Part shown: positions 39,742 through 48,674 of the stretch, piece after piece | Numbering within the stretch: the stretch's first letter is position 1 | How the letters are laid out: each line of letters opens with the position of its first letter | NCBI GenBank assembly: GCA_964454955.1 | Contig: CAYVVB010000490.1 | Coordinates: 1-61,342 of the forward strand | DNA from: an uncultured Bradyrhizobium sp. | GTDB lineage: Bacteria; Pseudomonadota; Alphaproteobacteria; Rhizobiales; Xanthobacteraceae | Direction of reading: 5' to 3' | DNA: 61,342 nucleotides | Position numbers and translations under genes: made by a program | Notes under the pieces: generated by a model | The model's database searches: none | Told to the model about the DNA's origin: nothing | The model's input: the letters and a program-made list of their open reading frames with translations, nothing else

Positions 39742-39755
39742 TTGCGCAAAATCAA
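39742..39755. promoter_or_regulatory. FixK-type box upstream of HPF gene
   Basis: Minus strand TTGATTTTGCGCAA, centred about 61 bp from the start codon. Confidence 0.7.
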
Positions 39756-39920
39756 CCCGGATTCCTCGAACCAGTTCTCCCGACCCGCGACCTATTGATA
39801 CCGAATTGTAAGTGGGAAATGGATGAAATGGATATAGTGCGGGCCGTCCAATCACAGCAACGTGCCGAAACAATCTCGGCCGGACCGGGTTCACCTGCGA
39901 AAGGTACCGAGGGAATCAGT

Positions 39921-40121
39921 ATGGTTCAAAAGCTCACGCCTCGGCAGGCAATTGCGAGGTCATATCCCGGCTGGGACTACGCCATGGCGGACCGGCTGCT
40001 CGCCTGGCTCGACCATTGTGGTTACGAAATCGTGGAAAAAAGCCGGGCCTACAAAGAGGCAAGCCTGGTACCCGGCGAAACGAGCGGCGAAACATCGCCG
40101 CATACCGAAAGCTCTCACTGA
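39921..40121 (+). CDS. Small hypothetical protein (66 aa)
   Basis: GAGGGA RBS; MVQKLTPRQAIARSYPGWDY... Confidence 0.55.
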   Translation: MVQKLTPRQAIARSYPGWDYAMADRLLAWLDHCGYEIVEKSRAYKEASLVPGETSGETSPHTESSH

Positions 40122-40250
40122 ACGTAGAGCGCGGAATACCGGCGCCTCCGGGCCCGGAGCGAGACCGGCATTAGACCGCCCTCCCCATCCAGCTAGTTCC
40201 ACAACACCTGGCGAGCTCCCAAATTGAGGGAAATCCTCAAGGAGCTCCCG

Positions 40251-41132
40251 ATGACCGACCCGACAAAAGCCAATCTTGCCTCAGTCTCTTCTTCGTTCGC
40301 GGATATCGTCGCGCGGACGGCACCGGCGATCGTTTCGGTTCACTCGCATCGATCGCGCGCCTCCGGCTTCGTCTGGAAACCGGGCCTGATCGTCACCGCT
40401 GACGAAGGCTTGGCTGATGAAGGCGACGTCTCGATCAAGCTTGCCGATGGAACGCAGCATTCCGCCCATATCGCCGGGCGCGATCACACCACCGACATCG
40501 CCCTGCTGCGGGTTAACGGCATCCATACCGCGCCGGCCGCGCTGAGTTCGTCGGCGGTTGCAGCCTTGGGCTCGCTCGCAGCGGTCGTGGCGGCCGAGCG
40601 CGGCACCCCGACAGCGTCGCTGGCGATGGTGTCATTGGTCGGCGAACGCTGGCGAAGTCTCCGCGGCGGGGAAATTGACGCCAGGATCGAGCTCGACGTT
40701 CGGCTGCGCGGCAGCCATCAGGGCGGACTCGCGGTGGATGCCGTGGGTCAGGTCATCGGTATGGCGGTGCACGGCCCCAGGCGCGTGCTTGTCATTCCAT
40801 CGGCGACAATAGAACGCGTTGCTGCCAGACTGGAAACCCACGGCCGGATCGCGCGGGGCTATCTCGGTGTCGGACTACAGCCAGTCAGGCTCGACGATCG
40901 CGTTGGTGCCATGGTGATGAGCGTCGACAAGCAGGGTCCGGCCGCCGCGGCAGGCATCAGGCAAGGCGATGTGATCATAAATCTCAACGACGAAAATCTC
41001 TCCGGCGTGCGCGCGCTCGCGCGATCGCTCGGCCCCGACAGTGTCGGCTCGGTGGTGGATGTTGGGGTCAGCCGCGGCGGCGAGCCGGTCCACTTCAAGC
41101 TGACGATCGGCGAGAGGCCGGACCGTGAGTGA
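40251..41132 (+). CDS. S1C/HtrA-like trypsin-PDZ protein with substituted catalytic His and Ser
   Basis: SGFVW..LIVTADE, TDIALL, GSHQGG, PDZ RGYLGV..GIRQGDVI; no signal peptide. Confidence 0.85.
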   Translation: MTDPTKANLASVSSSFADIVARTAPAIVSVHSHRSRASGFVWKPGLIVTADEGLADEGDVSIKLADGTQHSAHIAGRDHTTDIALLRVNGIHTAPAALSSSAVAALGSLAAVVAAERGTPTASLAMVSLVGERWRSLRGGEIDARIELDVRLRGSHQGGLAVDAVGQVIGMAVHGPRRVLVIPSATIERVAARLETHGRIARGYLGVGLQPVRLDDRVGAMVMSVDKQGPAAAAGIRQGDVIINLNDENLSGVRALARSLGPDSVGSVVDVGVSRGGEPVHFKLTIGERPDRE

Positions 41133-41502
41133 TCCGGCAGCGGCGCCCATTACCGTGTCTGTCGAGGTCGATGATCCCGACCTCGCGGACCGCCTTGCCT
41201 CGCTACTCGGCGGAATCGCGGGGCTGCAATTGGCGCTGCCGGGCCAGGCGGCGAGCGTTGCGGTCATTTCGCGCGGCCGGCGCAAGTCTTCCGAACCCGT
41301 CGGCGTCGAGCTGACGCCCCGCGAGCTTGACGTGTTGACACTGCTGGCCGAAGGCGCGTCCAACAAGGCTATCGCCCGCCACCTTGGAATATCGGTGCAT
41401 ACCGCCAAATTTCACGTCGGTTCCATTCTGGACAAGCTGGACGCCACCGGACGCACCGATGCGGTTGCACATGCGGCGCGGCGTGGCGTCATTGATCTCT
41501 AG
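41125..41502 (+). CDS. LuxR-type HTH regulator with truncated N-terminal domain
   Basis: LTPRELDVL.LLAEGASNKAIA..LGIS.HTAKFHV. Confidence 0.9.
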   Translation: MSDPAAAPITVSVEVDDPDLADRLASLLGGIAGLQLALPGQAASVAVISRGRRKSSEPVGVELTPRELDVLTLLAEGASNKAIARHLGISVHTAKFHVGSILDKLDATGRTDAVAHAARRGVIDL

Positions 41503-41694
41503 CGGCAACAGCGGAGTCACCGGTCGAATCGGCCGATAGATGGGGCGTCTCGTGCCCCTAAAGCACGCCGCAACTGTGGAAGCTGAGCCCTTTCCAATTG
41601 GCAAACTCAGGTAAGTGTGAACCCGCTCACAGCGCGTCATCCCGGTTCCCTTTAATGGGTTCCAGGAGGGGGCCAGTGATGGAAAATCGCCCTG

Positions 41695-41898
41695 ATGATA
41701 AGGAATTTCGACCTGTTGACCGGTTCGATGGCATTCGGTGTCGCGAGCTATGTGGCGATCATCCTGGACTGCCTGGCGCGCGAGGAACTTGGGCTGTCGG
41801 GAGGACAGATTTGCAAATCAGCGGTCATCGCCGCCCTGGTGATTGCGGGCTTGCTTGGCGTGGGCTCGTTGCGTGGACACTCCGACAAAGCCAATTGA
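41695..41898 (+). CDS. Small hypothetical membrane protein
   Basis: Two hydrophobic stretches; start uncertain. Confidence 0.4.
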   Translation: MIRNFDLLTGSMAFGVASYVAIILDCLAREELGLSGGQICKSAVIAALVIAGLLGVGSLRGHSDKAN

Positions 41899-41973
41899 TG
41901 CAACCGTCGCTGCTTGGTGGCTCTGCAGCCTACCTTCATTCATTCTGGAAAAGGTTCTTTGCAGGAGGCGATT

Positions 41974-42210
41974 TTGAAGGCTTTGCTCGGAGCTGCACTG
42001 TTCGTGTTCACGTTGGCTGCGCCCGCGCTGGCGGAAAAGCTCGTCGACCCCACGACCGTCGCGCCGGAATACCGGGAAGCGGCGGAGAAGCGCCGGGCCG
42101 AGCAGATCAAGCAATATCAATGCGCAAGAAAGGCCGATGCCGAGAAGGTTATGCCGCGCGAGCGAACCGCATTCCTGCTCCACTGCATTGAAGCAGATGC
42201 CGGGAAGTAA
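41974..42210 (+). CDS. Small secreted protein with Cys pair
   Basis: AGGAGG then TTG; signal peptide ending ALA-E; two Cys in C-terminal half. Confidence 0.75.
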   Translation: MKALLGAALFVFTLAAPALAEKLVDPTTVAPEYREAAEKRRAEQIKQYQCARKADAEKVMPRERTAFLLHCIEADAGK

Positions 42211-42211
42211 G

Positions 42212-43942
42212 TCAGCCGGCAGTCTGGCTGACTGGCCGCTCGGAACTGCATGCGGCTTCGCGGGCAGCAGTACCGGCTAGGTTCGCAGCGAGCCGGGGGC
42301 CCGCTTCCAAAACAGCGACTGGCCTGGCTGTTACGGTCTCCACGGCAGCGAACGCACGCGCCTGCCACAGCGTGTTGCCAAGAAGCAGATATGCCGCCGC
42401 AGTCCACAAGGACTGCCAATTGGAAAATCCCTCATTGAACGTCATGTAAAGCGCAGCGAGGGCTAACAGACCGGCGAAGACGGTTTCGGCAATCGGGGGC
42501 GGACCGGATTTCGGGCGATTGAACCACGCCACTGTCCAAAGCGGCACCACCGCCATGCTAAAGCTGGCGGCGGGGAAATCACGCCAACGCGAATCGAACA
42601 CCAGGCCAAGAGCAGTCTGCACGGCCAGCAGCGTGGTGACCATCAGCGTCAATCCCAGCATAGCCTTTGGCCAAGAGGCAGTTCTGCCTTCGCTTGGGCC
42701 GAGCACCTCCAAGAATGCCGGCAGCGTACCCTTCGACATCAGCGCATGAGCAGATAACATCGAGGCGGCCATGCCTGCAGTCGACAGCAGACCTCGAAGG
42801 AGCCAGTCGCCCCAGCCGTAGCTTTCGTAGAACATGTCCTCGGCGCTCATACCCAGCAGAACGCCGCCAACGGTGGCGGAGATGGCCACGCCGAGCCATG
42901 CCGTGAACGGCGGCAATGACCGCGGCCTCGACGCCAACCAGGCCGCTGCGAAAATGCAAACACTGAAAGCCAAGCCGCTCCAAAGCTGGAATTTCCACAA
43001 CGGATGGTTGCCGATGGCTGTGCCGAACGGATATTTCTGCCCCCCTCTGTCGAACAAGCCCCAATAGCCGCCGACAGTTCCTTCCCACTGACGCTTCCAA
43101 GGCTCGTCATAGGCTTCAAACAGATTGACGCGAAAGTTCTCCTGCCTTGCCCGACTGAGAATATCGGATATGAACCGCGCCTGATTGGCGGGCGACGGCA
43201 GTGCGACGTCGCGCATTCGTCCCCTGCTCGGCCAACCCGTCTCGCCAATCAGGATTTCCTTGCCGGGGAAAGCAAGGGCCATCTGCTTGCGAATATCGTC
43301 CACATGCGCGGCAGCATCCTCTGCGCGGATCGGAATGTCTTCCCAATAGGGCAAGACATGGACCGTCACGAAATCGACGTCGTCGCCGACTTCGTGGTAG
43401 CGCTGCCAGAACTCCCACACATCGGCGTAGCTCACCGGGATATTGGTCTGCAGCTTGACCGAGCGGATCAGTTGCCGAAGGCTCGATGCGGTCATGTCGC
43501 CGCGCAACAGCACCTCGTTGCCGATGATCATCGCGGTGATTGTGCCGGGATACTCCTTGACCAGCGACAACGCCTGATCGATCAGCAGCGCATTCTTTGC
43601 CTGATCGCGCCCGATCCAAACGCCGAGGATAACCTTCAGCCCAACCTTCGACGCGAGCTCCGGCACCTTGTCCAGTCCGTTATCGATGGAATAGGTTCGG
43701 ACACACCGGGATATCTTGGCAAGCTCGACCAGATCCGCCGCAATCTGCTCAGGAGCAACGACGAGCCCCGGCATAAACGGCGTCTGCTGACCCCTGAACG
43801 GCGCATAGGACACGCAGTCCAGCTTCGCCGCCGGATCGATCGGTGCAGACGAAATTGCGACCGGTCTACCCAGCCACCACCAAACCGTGGCAACTATGCT
43901 CAGGGATGCGACGAGAAGCGCCAGCGGCGTACGAGAGGTGAT
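42212..43942 (-). CDS. GH17 membrane glucanosyltransferase, NdvC-like
   Basis: CVSYAPFR, CVRTYS, GNEVLLR, VSYADVW, IGETGWPS, C-terminal TM helices; frame open upstream through a TM anchor to ATC at 43942 after GAGGA. Confidence 0.85.
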   Translation of the reverse strand: MTSRTPLALLVASLSIVATVWWWLGRPVAISSAPIDPAAKLDCVSYAPFRGQQTPFMPGLVVAPEQIAADLVELAKISRCVRTYSIDNGLDKVPELASKVGLKVILGVWIGRDQAKNALLIDQALSLVKEYPGTITAMIIGNEVLLRGDMTASSLRQLIRSVKLQTNIPVSYADVWEFWQRYHEVGDDVDFVTVHVLPYWEDIPIRAEDAAAHVDDIRKQMALAFPGKEILIGETGWPSRGRMRDVALPSPANQARFISDILSRARQENFRVNLFEAYDEPWKRQWEGTVGGYWGLFDRGGQKYPFGTAIGNHPLWKFQLWSGLAFSVCIFAAAWLASRPRSLPPFTAWLGVAISATVGGVLLGMSAEDMFYESYGWGDWLLRGLLSTAGMAASMLSAHALMSKGTLPAFLEVLGPSEGRTASWPKAMLGLTLMVTTLLAVQTALGLVFDSRWRDFPAASFSMAVVPLWTVAWFNRPKSGPPPIAETVFAGLLALAALYMTFNEGFSNWQSLWTAAAYLLLGNTLWQARAFAAVETVTARPVAVLEAGPRLAANLAGTAAREAACSSERPVSQTAG

Positions 43943-44092
43943 AGGGTCTGTCCTCGATGGAGCGTGGATCGGATTGGACGAGTTTGTGTGTTAGGACGGA
44001 AATTGTAAAGCTACCATATTGACCCGCACCAAGGCTGAGCTACGACACATAAGCTCTGCCTGCATGCAAATTTGTCTCGGCCGGAATCAATC

Positions 44093-45571
44093 ATGCTCAA
44101 CGCACTTTCGCGCCGTCATTTCGCCAAGCTTGCAGCATGGTCGGCCGGCGTTGGAATGTCGACGAACTCAATCGGGCCCGGTCAGGCGGAGCCGAGCGCA
44201 GAGAACATGTCCAGGCCGGGCTCCGTTTCCCGTTTTCCCACAAACTTTGTCTGGGGAACGGCGACCTCTGCCTATCAGGTCGAAGGGGCGGTCAATGAGG
44301 ACGGACGAGGTCCGTCGATCTGGGACAGTTTTGTCCATCGGCGCGGGACGATCGCCGACGGCAGCAACGCGGACATCGCGGACGACCACTATCACCTCTA
44401 TAAGGAAGACGTTGCGTTGATGAAAGCGCTAGGCGCGAAGGCCTATCGCTTCTCGATCGCATGGCCGCGGGTTTTTCCGGAAGGATCAGGCGCGCCGAAC
44501 CCAAAGGGCCTCGATTTCTACAATCGCCTTCTCGACGAATTGCAGGCGAACGGCATCGAGCCGTTCGCGACCATGTATCACTGGGACTTGCCCCAGGCGC
44601 TGCAGGACCGGCTGGGCGGGTGGCTGTCGCGCGAGACCTCGAAGGCGTTTGCGGATTATGCAGCCTATGTCGCGGAACGCCTGAGCGATCGCGTAAGGCA
44701 CATCTTCACGATCAATGAATGCTCAAGGCTTGTCCATCTCGGCTACGGTCTCGGTTTCGATGCCCCTGGCCTGAGGGTGTCCGAAGCCGAATTGAATCAG
44801 GTTCGTCATAATGTCGCGCTGGGCCACGGTCTCGCGGTGCAGGCGATTCGCGCACACGGAAGAGCTGGAACCAAGATCGGTCCGGCGGAGAACCTGGTCG
44901 TCTGCATACCCGCCATTGCGAATGGAGAGAACATACTTGCGGCGGGGGCCGCGACGCGAGAACTCAACGCCGGTTACCTGACCGTGATGCTGGAGGGAAA
45001 ATATACGGAAAGCTTCCTGGCGCAGGCGGGCAAGAATGCACCAAAATACACGGCCGAGGATCTGAGCGTCATTTCATCTCCGATCGATTTCCTGGGGTTA
45101 AATGTCTACAAGCCCGACCATTACGTCGTTGCATCCGATGACGAGCGCGGCTTTGCACTTGCGCCGTTCCCCTCATCATTTCCGCATATGGACGCATCGT
45201 GGCTCAGGATCGGTCCGGAGGCGATGTACTGGGCGCCGCGTCACGCGGCAAAGCTCTGGGACGTGAAATCCATCTATGTCACCGAGAACGGCACATCGGG
45301 GACGGACGAGGTTGCTCCGGACGGCAAAGTCTACGATCTGGACCGGATCATGTATCTCCGCAACTATCTGACCCACCTGCAGCGCGCGACATCCGAGGGC
45401 GTGCCCGTGTCCGGGTACTTCCTCTGGAGCCTGATGGACAATTTCGAATGGTCGGATGGATTGCAAAAGCGATTCGGCCTCCATCGGGTCGACTTCGACA
45501 CCCGGCGCCGGACGCCGAAGCTGAGTGCATCGTTTTATCGGGAAACGATCAGGCAGAACGCGGTGGCTTAG
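44093..45571 (+). CDS. GH1 beta-glucosidase with Tat signal
   Basis: SRRHFAK; WGTATSAYQVEG, YHWDLP, TINE, TENG, DNFEW. Confidence 0.93.
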   Translation: MLNALSRRHFAKLAAWSAGVGMSTNSIGPGQAEPSAENMSRPGSVSRFPTNFVWGTATSAYQVEGAVNEDGRGPSIWDSFVHRRGTIADGSNADIADDHYHLYKEDVALMKALGAKAYRFSIAWPRVFPEGSGAPNPKGLDFYNRLLDELQANGIEPFATMYHWDLPQALQDRLGGWLSRETSKAFADYAAYVAERLSDRVRHIFTINECSRLVHLGYGLGFDAPGLRVSEAELNQVRHNVALGHGLAVQAIRAHGRAGTKIGPAENLVVCIPAIANGENILAAGAATRELNAGYLTVMLEGKYTESFLAQAGKNAPKYTAEDLSVISSPIDFLGLNVYKPDHYVVASDDERGFALAPFPSSFPHMDASWLRIGPEAMYWAPRHAAKLWDVKSIYVTENGTSGTDEVAPDGKVYDLDRIMYLRNYLTHLQRATSEGVPVSGYFLWSLMDNFEWSDGLQKRFGLHRVDFDTRRRTPKLSASFYRETIRQNAVA

Positions 45572-45736
45572 CCGCTCCGTCGGCTATCGGAAACCGGACT
45601 TCATGATCCCGAGTGATCCGATAGCGATCTCGGTCCGCCGCAACAAAAACAACGGTTGATATCCCCGATAGAGGATATTGTGCGCTTGCGTGCCTTACGA
45701 AACACTGCAACCGCGTATGTGTTTGCGGGGGCTGGC

Positions 45737-46057
45737 ATGCGTGAGCAGGACAATGGTGGGTACGACTATCAGCGCTATCGGCAGTTGCTGGCTGAGGCAG
45801 TCGATGAGCAGAAGAGGCTGGCGCTGATCGAGCTTTTGATCAGGGAGAAAGCCAGGGATCGCCTTGCGGCGCAACGAGCCTCTGACCAAGTCGCCATGAC
45901 CGCGATGACCATCGCCAAAGTGCTCGCCACATCGCCAGTCTTGCCCGATCGGTCGTCTCCTCCGTCAGACCCTAATCCGTCTCCGCTGCAATTGTTGATG
46001 AGGGACGTGAGGCAACAAGGATCTGCGGAGCCGGATAAGCGCGTCGCGAACTTCTGA
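45737..46057 (+). CDS. Hypothetical protein
   Basis: Helical YRQLLAEA.DE.KR..L..LL..E pattern; G-rich RBS. Confidence 0.6.
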   Translation: MREQDNGGYDYQRYRQLLAEAVDEQKRLALIELLIREKARDRLAAQRASDQVAMTAMTIAKVLATSPVLPDRSSPPSDPNPSPLQLLMRDVRQQGSAEPDKRVANF

Positions 46058-46077
46058 ATCCCTAGTCTGGCAGCGCC

Positions 46078-46329
46078 TCACAGCCGCGCCGCGACAAACG
46101 TCAGCCCGATCCGGTTGTCCTGGATCCAGACGACTTTGCACTCATACACCGCACGATCATTCGCCATCACGAGGCGAAAGCGCTCGGGCACGAACGCCGG
46201 CTGGTCGACTTCGATCGCAGCGCCTTCCGCCGAGACGTTTCGTACGACGCAGCTCATGACCAACCCTCCCGACGAGACGTAGGCGGGCTCGTTCATTTCG
46301 GTGCGAGGATTTCTGCGTCGTTCCTCCAC
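46078..46329 (-). CDS. Stand-alone PilZ-domain protein
   Basis: RRNPR (RxxxR) and NVSAEG (D/NxSxxG). Confidence 0.9.
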   Translation of the reverse strand: MEERRRNPRTEMNEPAYVSSGGLVMSCVVRNVSAEGAAIEVDQPAFVPERFRLVMANDRAVYECKVVWIQDNRIGLTFVAARL

Positions 46330-46568
46330 GGCGTGCTCCCGAGGATAACCCTCCCCTACGAGGCTAGCCGTAAACCTTAAAGAATTGGTCTTTGGGATGG
46401 CTGGTTTCAGACCAACCCGAGGACGTTTCTGCCGCGCCGCAACAGGCCTCCGCGCAGCGGTATGGCCTTGCCGCTTGCAGCAACAGGGGAGTAGCCTTTG
46501 CGTCCTGGACAGTAGCGCAGGCGCAACGCTCGTCCCTCAAAAAAATCAACATGCGCAGGGGAAACACC

Positions 46569-47978
46569 ATGTTCGACGAGCTCGATCGACGTACGAGGCT
46601 TAGCGGAAATCAGATCAAGATTCTCATCGCCGCGATCATCGGCGATGCGCTGGAGTTTTTCGACTATTTCCTGATCGGCTTCGTTCTCGCCTTCCTGATC
46701 GGGCCCTGGAAACTCACCTTCGGCCAATCCGCAACCGTGCTGATGAGCTCCGGCATAGGCGCCATCATCGGCGCCTATGCCTGGGGCTGGCTCGCCGACC
46801 GGATCGGCCGGCGCATGGTTTTCATCGGCACGGTGTTGAACTTTTCGGTGGCCACGGGCCTGCTCTATTTCACGCCCGACAACGGCTGGATCTATCTGGC
46901 AGTCATGCGGTTTTTCGTCGGCACCGGCGTCGGCGGGCTGTATTGCGTCGACCTGCCTCTGGTGCAGGAGTTCATGCCCTCGTCCAAGCGCGGCTGGATC
47001 GGCGGACTTGTCACTTGCGTCATTCCACTCGGCGTCGGCATTGGTGCTGTGCTGGGGGCGTTCATCGGCACCGATCAGTGGCGATTGTTGTTCGCCATCG
47101 GCGTGCTGCCGGCGCTGCTCGTGCTTCTAGTCCGCCTCTGGGTTCCGGAAAGTCCGCGCTGGCTTTGCCGGCAGGGCCGCTATGAGGAGGCGCGCAAATC
47201 GCTCGCCTGGGCATTGCACGTGGCGCCCTCGTCCCTGCCCTTGCCGACCGCTGCCGACGCCGGACCGGTCGTGATGAGCAATTGGCTCGACCTCTTCAAA
47301 TATCCCCGCAGCCTGATCGTTTCCTGGCTCGGCAATGCCGGCGCCCAGACCGGCGTCTATGGCATTACGCTGTGGGCGCCATCGCTGTTCGTGCTGCTGC
47401 TCAAGGTCACTCCGCAGCAAGCCGCCAAGATGATGATCCTGCTCAGCCTGTTCGGATTTGTCGGGCGCGTCTCCTTTTCCTACTTCTCCGAGCTCATGGG
47501 ACGCCGCAATGCCGGCGGCCTGCTCGGCCTCGGTGGGGGCCTGCTCACGATTTTGGCCGGCTACAATTATGATGCGAGCCTGATGGGCGTCTCCGCCTTC
47601 TGGCTGATCCTGGCGGTGGCCTTCTTCTTCGCCGATGGCGGATTTGCCATCGTGGGGCCCTATGCCGCCGAAATCTGGCCGTCGCATCTGCGCACCTCCG
47701 GCATGGGCTCGGCCTACGGCTTCGGCGGCATCGGCAAGATCATCGGCCCGGTCGGGCTTGCGCTGATCGTCGGTTCCAACAATTACCTGAAGCCGGACGT
47801 GCCATTGCCGCAGATCCCCGCGGCCTTTCTCTACCTCGGTTGTTGGTTCCTGATGGCCGGCGCCGTCTATTACTTCCTTGGGATCGAGACCAAGGGCAAA
47901 TCCATCGAGCAGATCGACCGGGAATTGAACGCAGCGGCCGACCTGTCGACGGCACGGGTCCGGCAAGCCCAAACCTGA
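46569..47978 (+). CDS. MFS transporter
   Basis: GWLADRIGRR, PESPRWL, IETKGKS. Confidence 0.92.
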   Translation: MFDELDRRTRLSGNQIKILIAAIIGDALEFFDYFLIGFVLAFLIGPWKLTFGQSATVLMSSGIGAIIGAYAWGWLADRIGRRMVFIGTVLNFSVATGLLYFTPDNGWIYLAVMRFFVGTGVGGLYCVDLPLVQEFMPSSKRGWIGGLVTCVIPLGVGIGAVLGAFIGTDQWRLLFAIGVLPALLVLLVRLWVPESPRWLCRQGRYEEARKSLAWALHVAPSSLPLPTAADAGPVVMSNWLDLFKYPRSLIVSWLGNAGAQTGVYGITLWAPSLFVLLLKVTPQQAAKMMILLSLFGFVGRVSFSYFSELMGRRNAGGLLGLGGGLLTILAGYNYDASLMGVSAFWLILAVAFFFADGGFAIVGPYAAEIWPSHLRTSGMGSAYGFGGIGKIIGPVGLALIVGSNNYLKPDVPLPQIPAAFLYLGCWFLMAGAVYYFLGIETKGKSIEQIDRELNAAADLSTARVRQAQT

Positions 47979-48004
47979 TCAGCCAGCAACTGAGGAGAAA
48001 AACG

Positions 48005-48406
48005 ATGCCGCTTGGCGGATTGCAGCACTTCACGATCGAGCCTCAGGACCTCGAGCGCAGCAAGGATTTCTACGTCGACGTGCTCGGACTCGATGTCGGG
48101 GACCGCCCGCCGCTCGATTTCCCCGGCTACTGGCTCTACTCCGGCGGGGTCGCCACCGTGCACCTGATGGGCACACGCAAGCCACGTGAGGGCATCATCG
48201 TGCGTGGCACCGAGCGCAAATACGACGACACCGGCCGCTTCGATCACGTCGCCTTCGCTGCCACCGATGTCGAGGGCGTGCGCAAGCGTCTGCAGTCCAA
48301 GGGCGTTCCATTCCGGGAGAGCATCGTGCCGCGCACCGGCGACACCCAGTTCTTCCTCTACGATCCCGATGGCGTCGGCGTCGAGTTGAATTTCCCGAAA
48401 GCTTGA
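48005..48406 (+). CDS. VOC/glyoxalase-family protein
   Basis: LQHFTI, FYVDVLGL, DHVAF, DPDGVGVEL. Confidence 0.9.
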   Translation: MPLGGLQHFTIEPQDLERSKDFYVDVLGLDVGDRPPLDFPGYWLYSGGVATVHLMGTRKPREGIIVRGTERKYDDTGRFDHVAFAATDVEGVRKRLQSKGVPFRESIVPRTGDTQFFLYDPDGVGVELNFPKA

Positions 48407-48430
48407 GCGGAGCCAGAGGGTTTGCGGACT

Positions 48431-48461
48431 TTTCGGCCGGCGTGAAGCCGGCCGAAATTTT
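48431..48461. terminator. Intrinsic terminator downstream of the VOC gene
   Basis: TTTCGGCCGGC-GTGAA-GCCGGCCGAAA-TTTT. Confidence 0.7.
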
Positions 48462-48674
48462 GTTCGGCGGCCCCTCCCTGATTCAATCCCGACAAGGTCA
48501 CGTCGCAGCCATCACTCGGGCGTGAATCGGTCTGCATTTTTTCAACATTGCATTGAGGAATTGAAGAGCCGCGCCGCTGCGGCAGGATAGCCGGGTGCCG
48601 GGCCTTTAACCTACCCCAGGGCACGCGTGCCCGGCTATTCGAGCGCGACCTGAACTGGCCGTCTCGCCGAACAC

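Noticed and set aside
46371-46395. Possible CtrA site upstream of the PilZ gene
   Set aside because: Only one TTAA half-site; no TTAA-N7-TTAA match.
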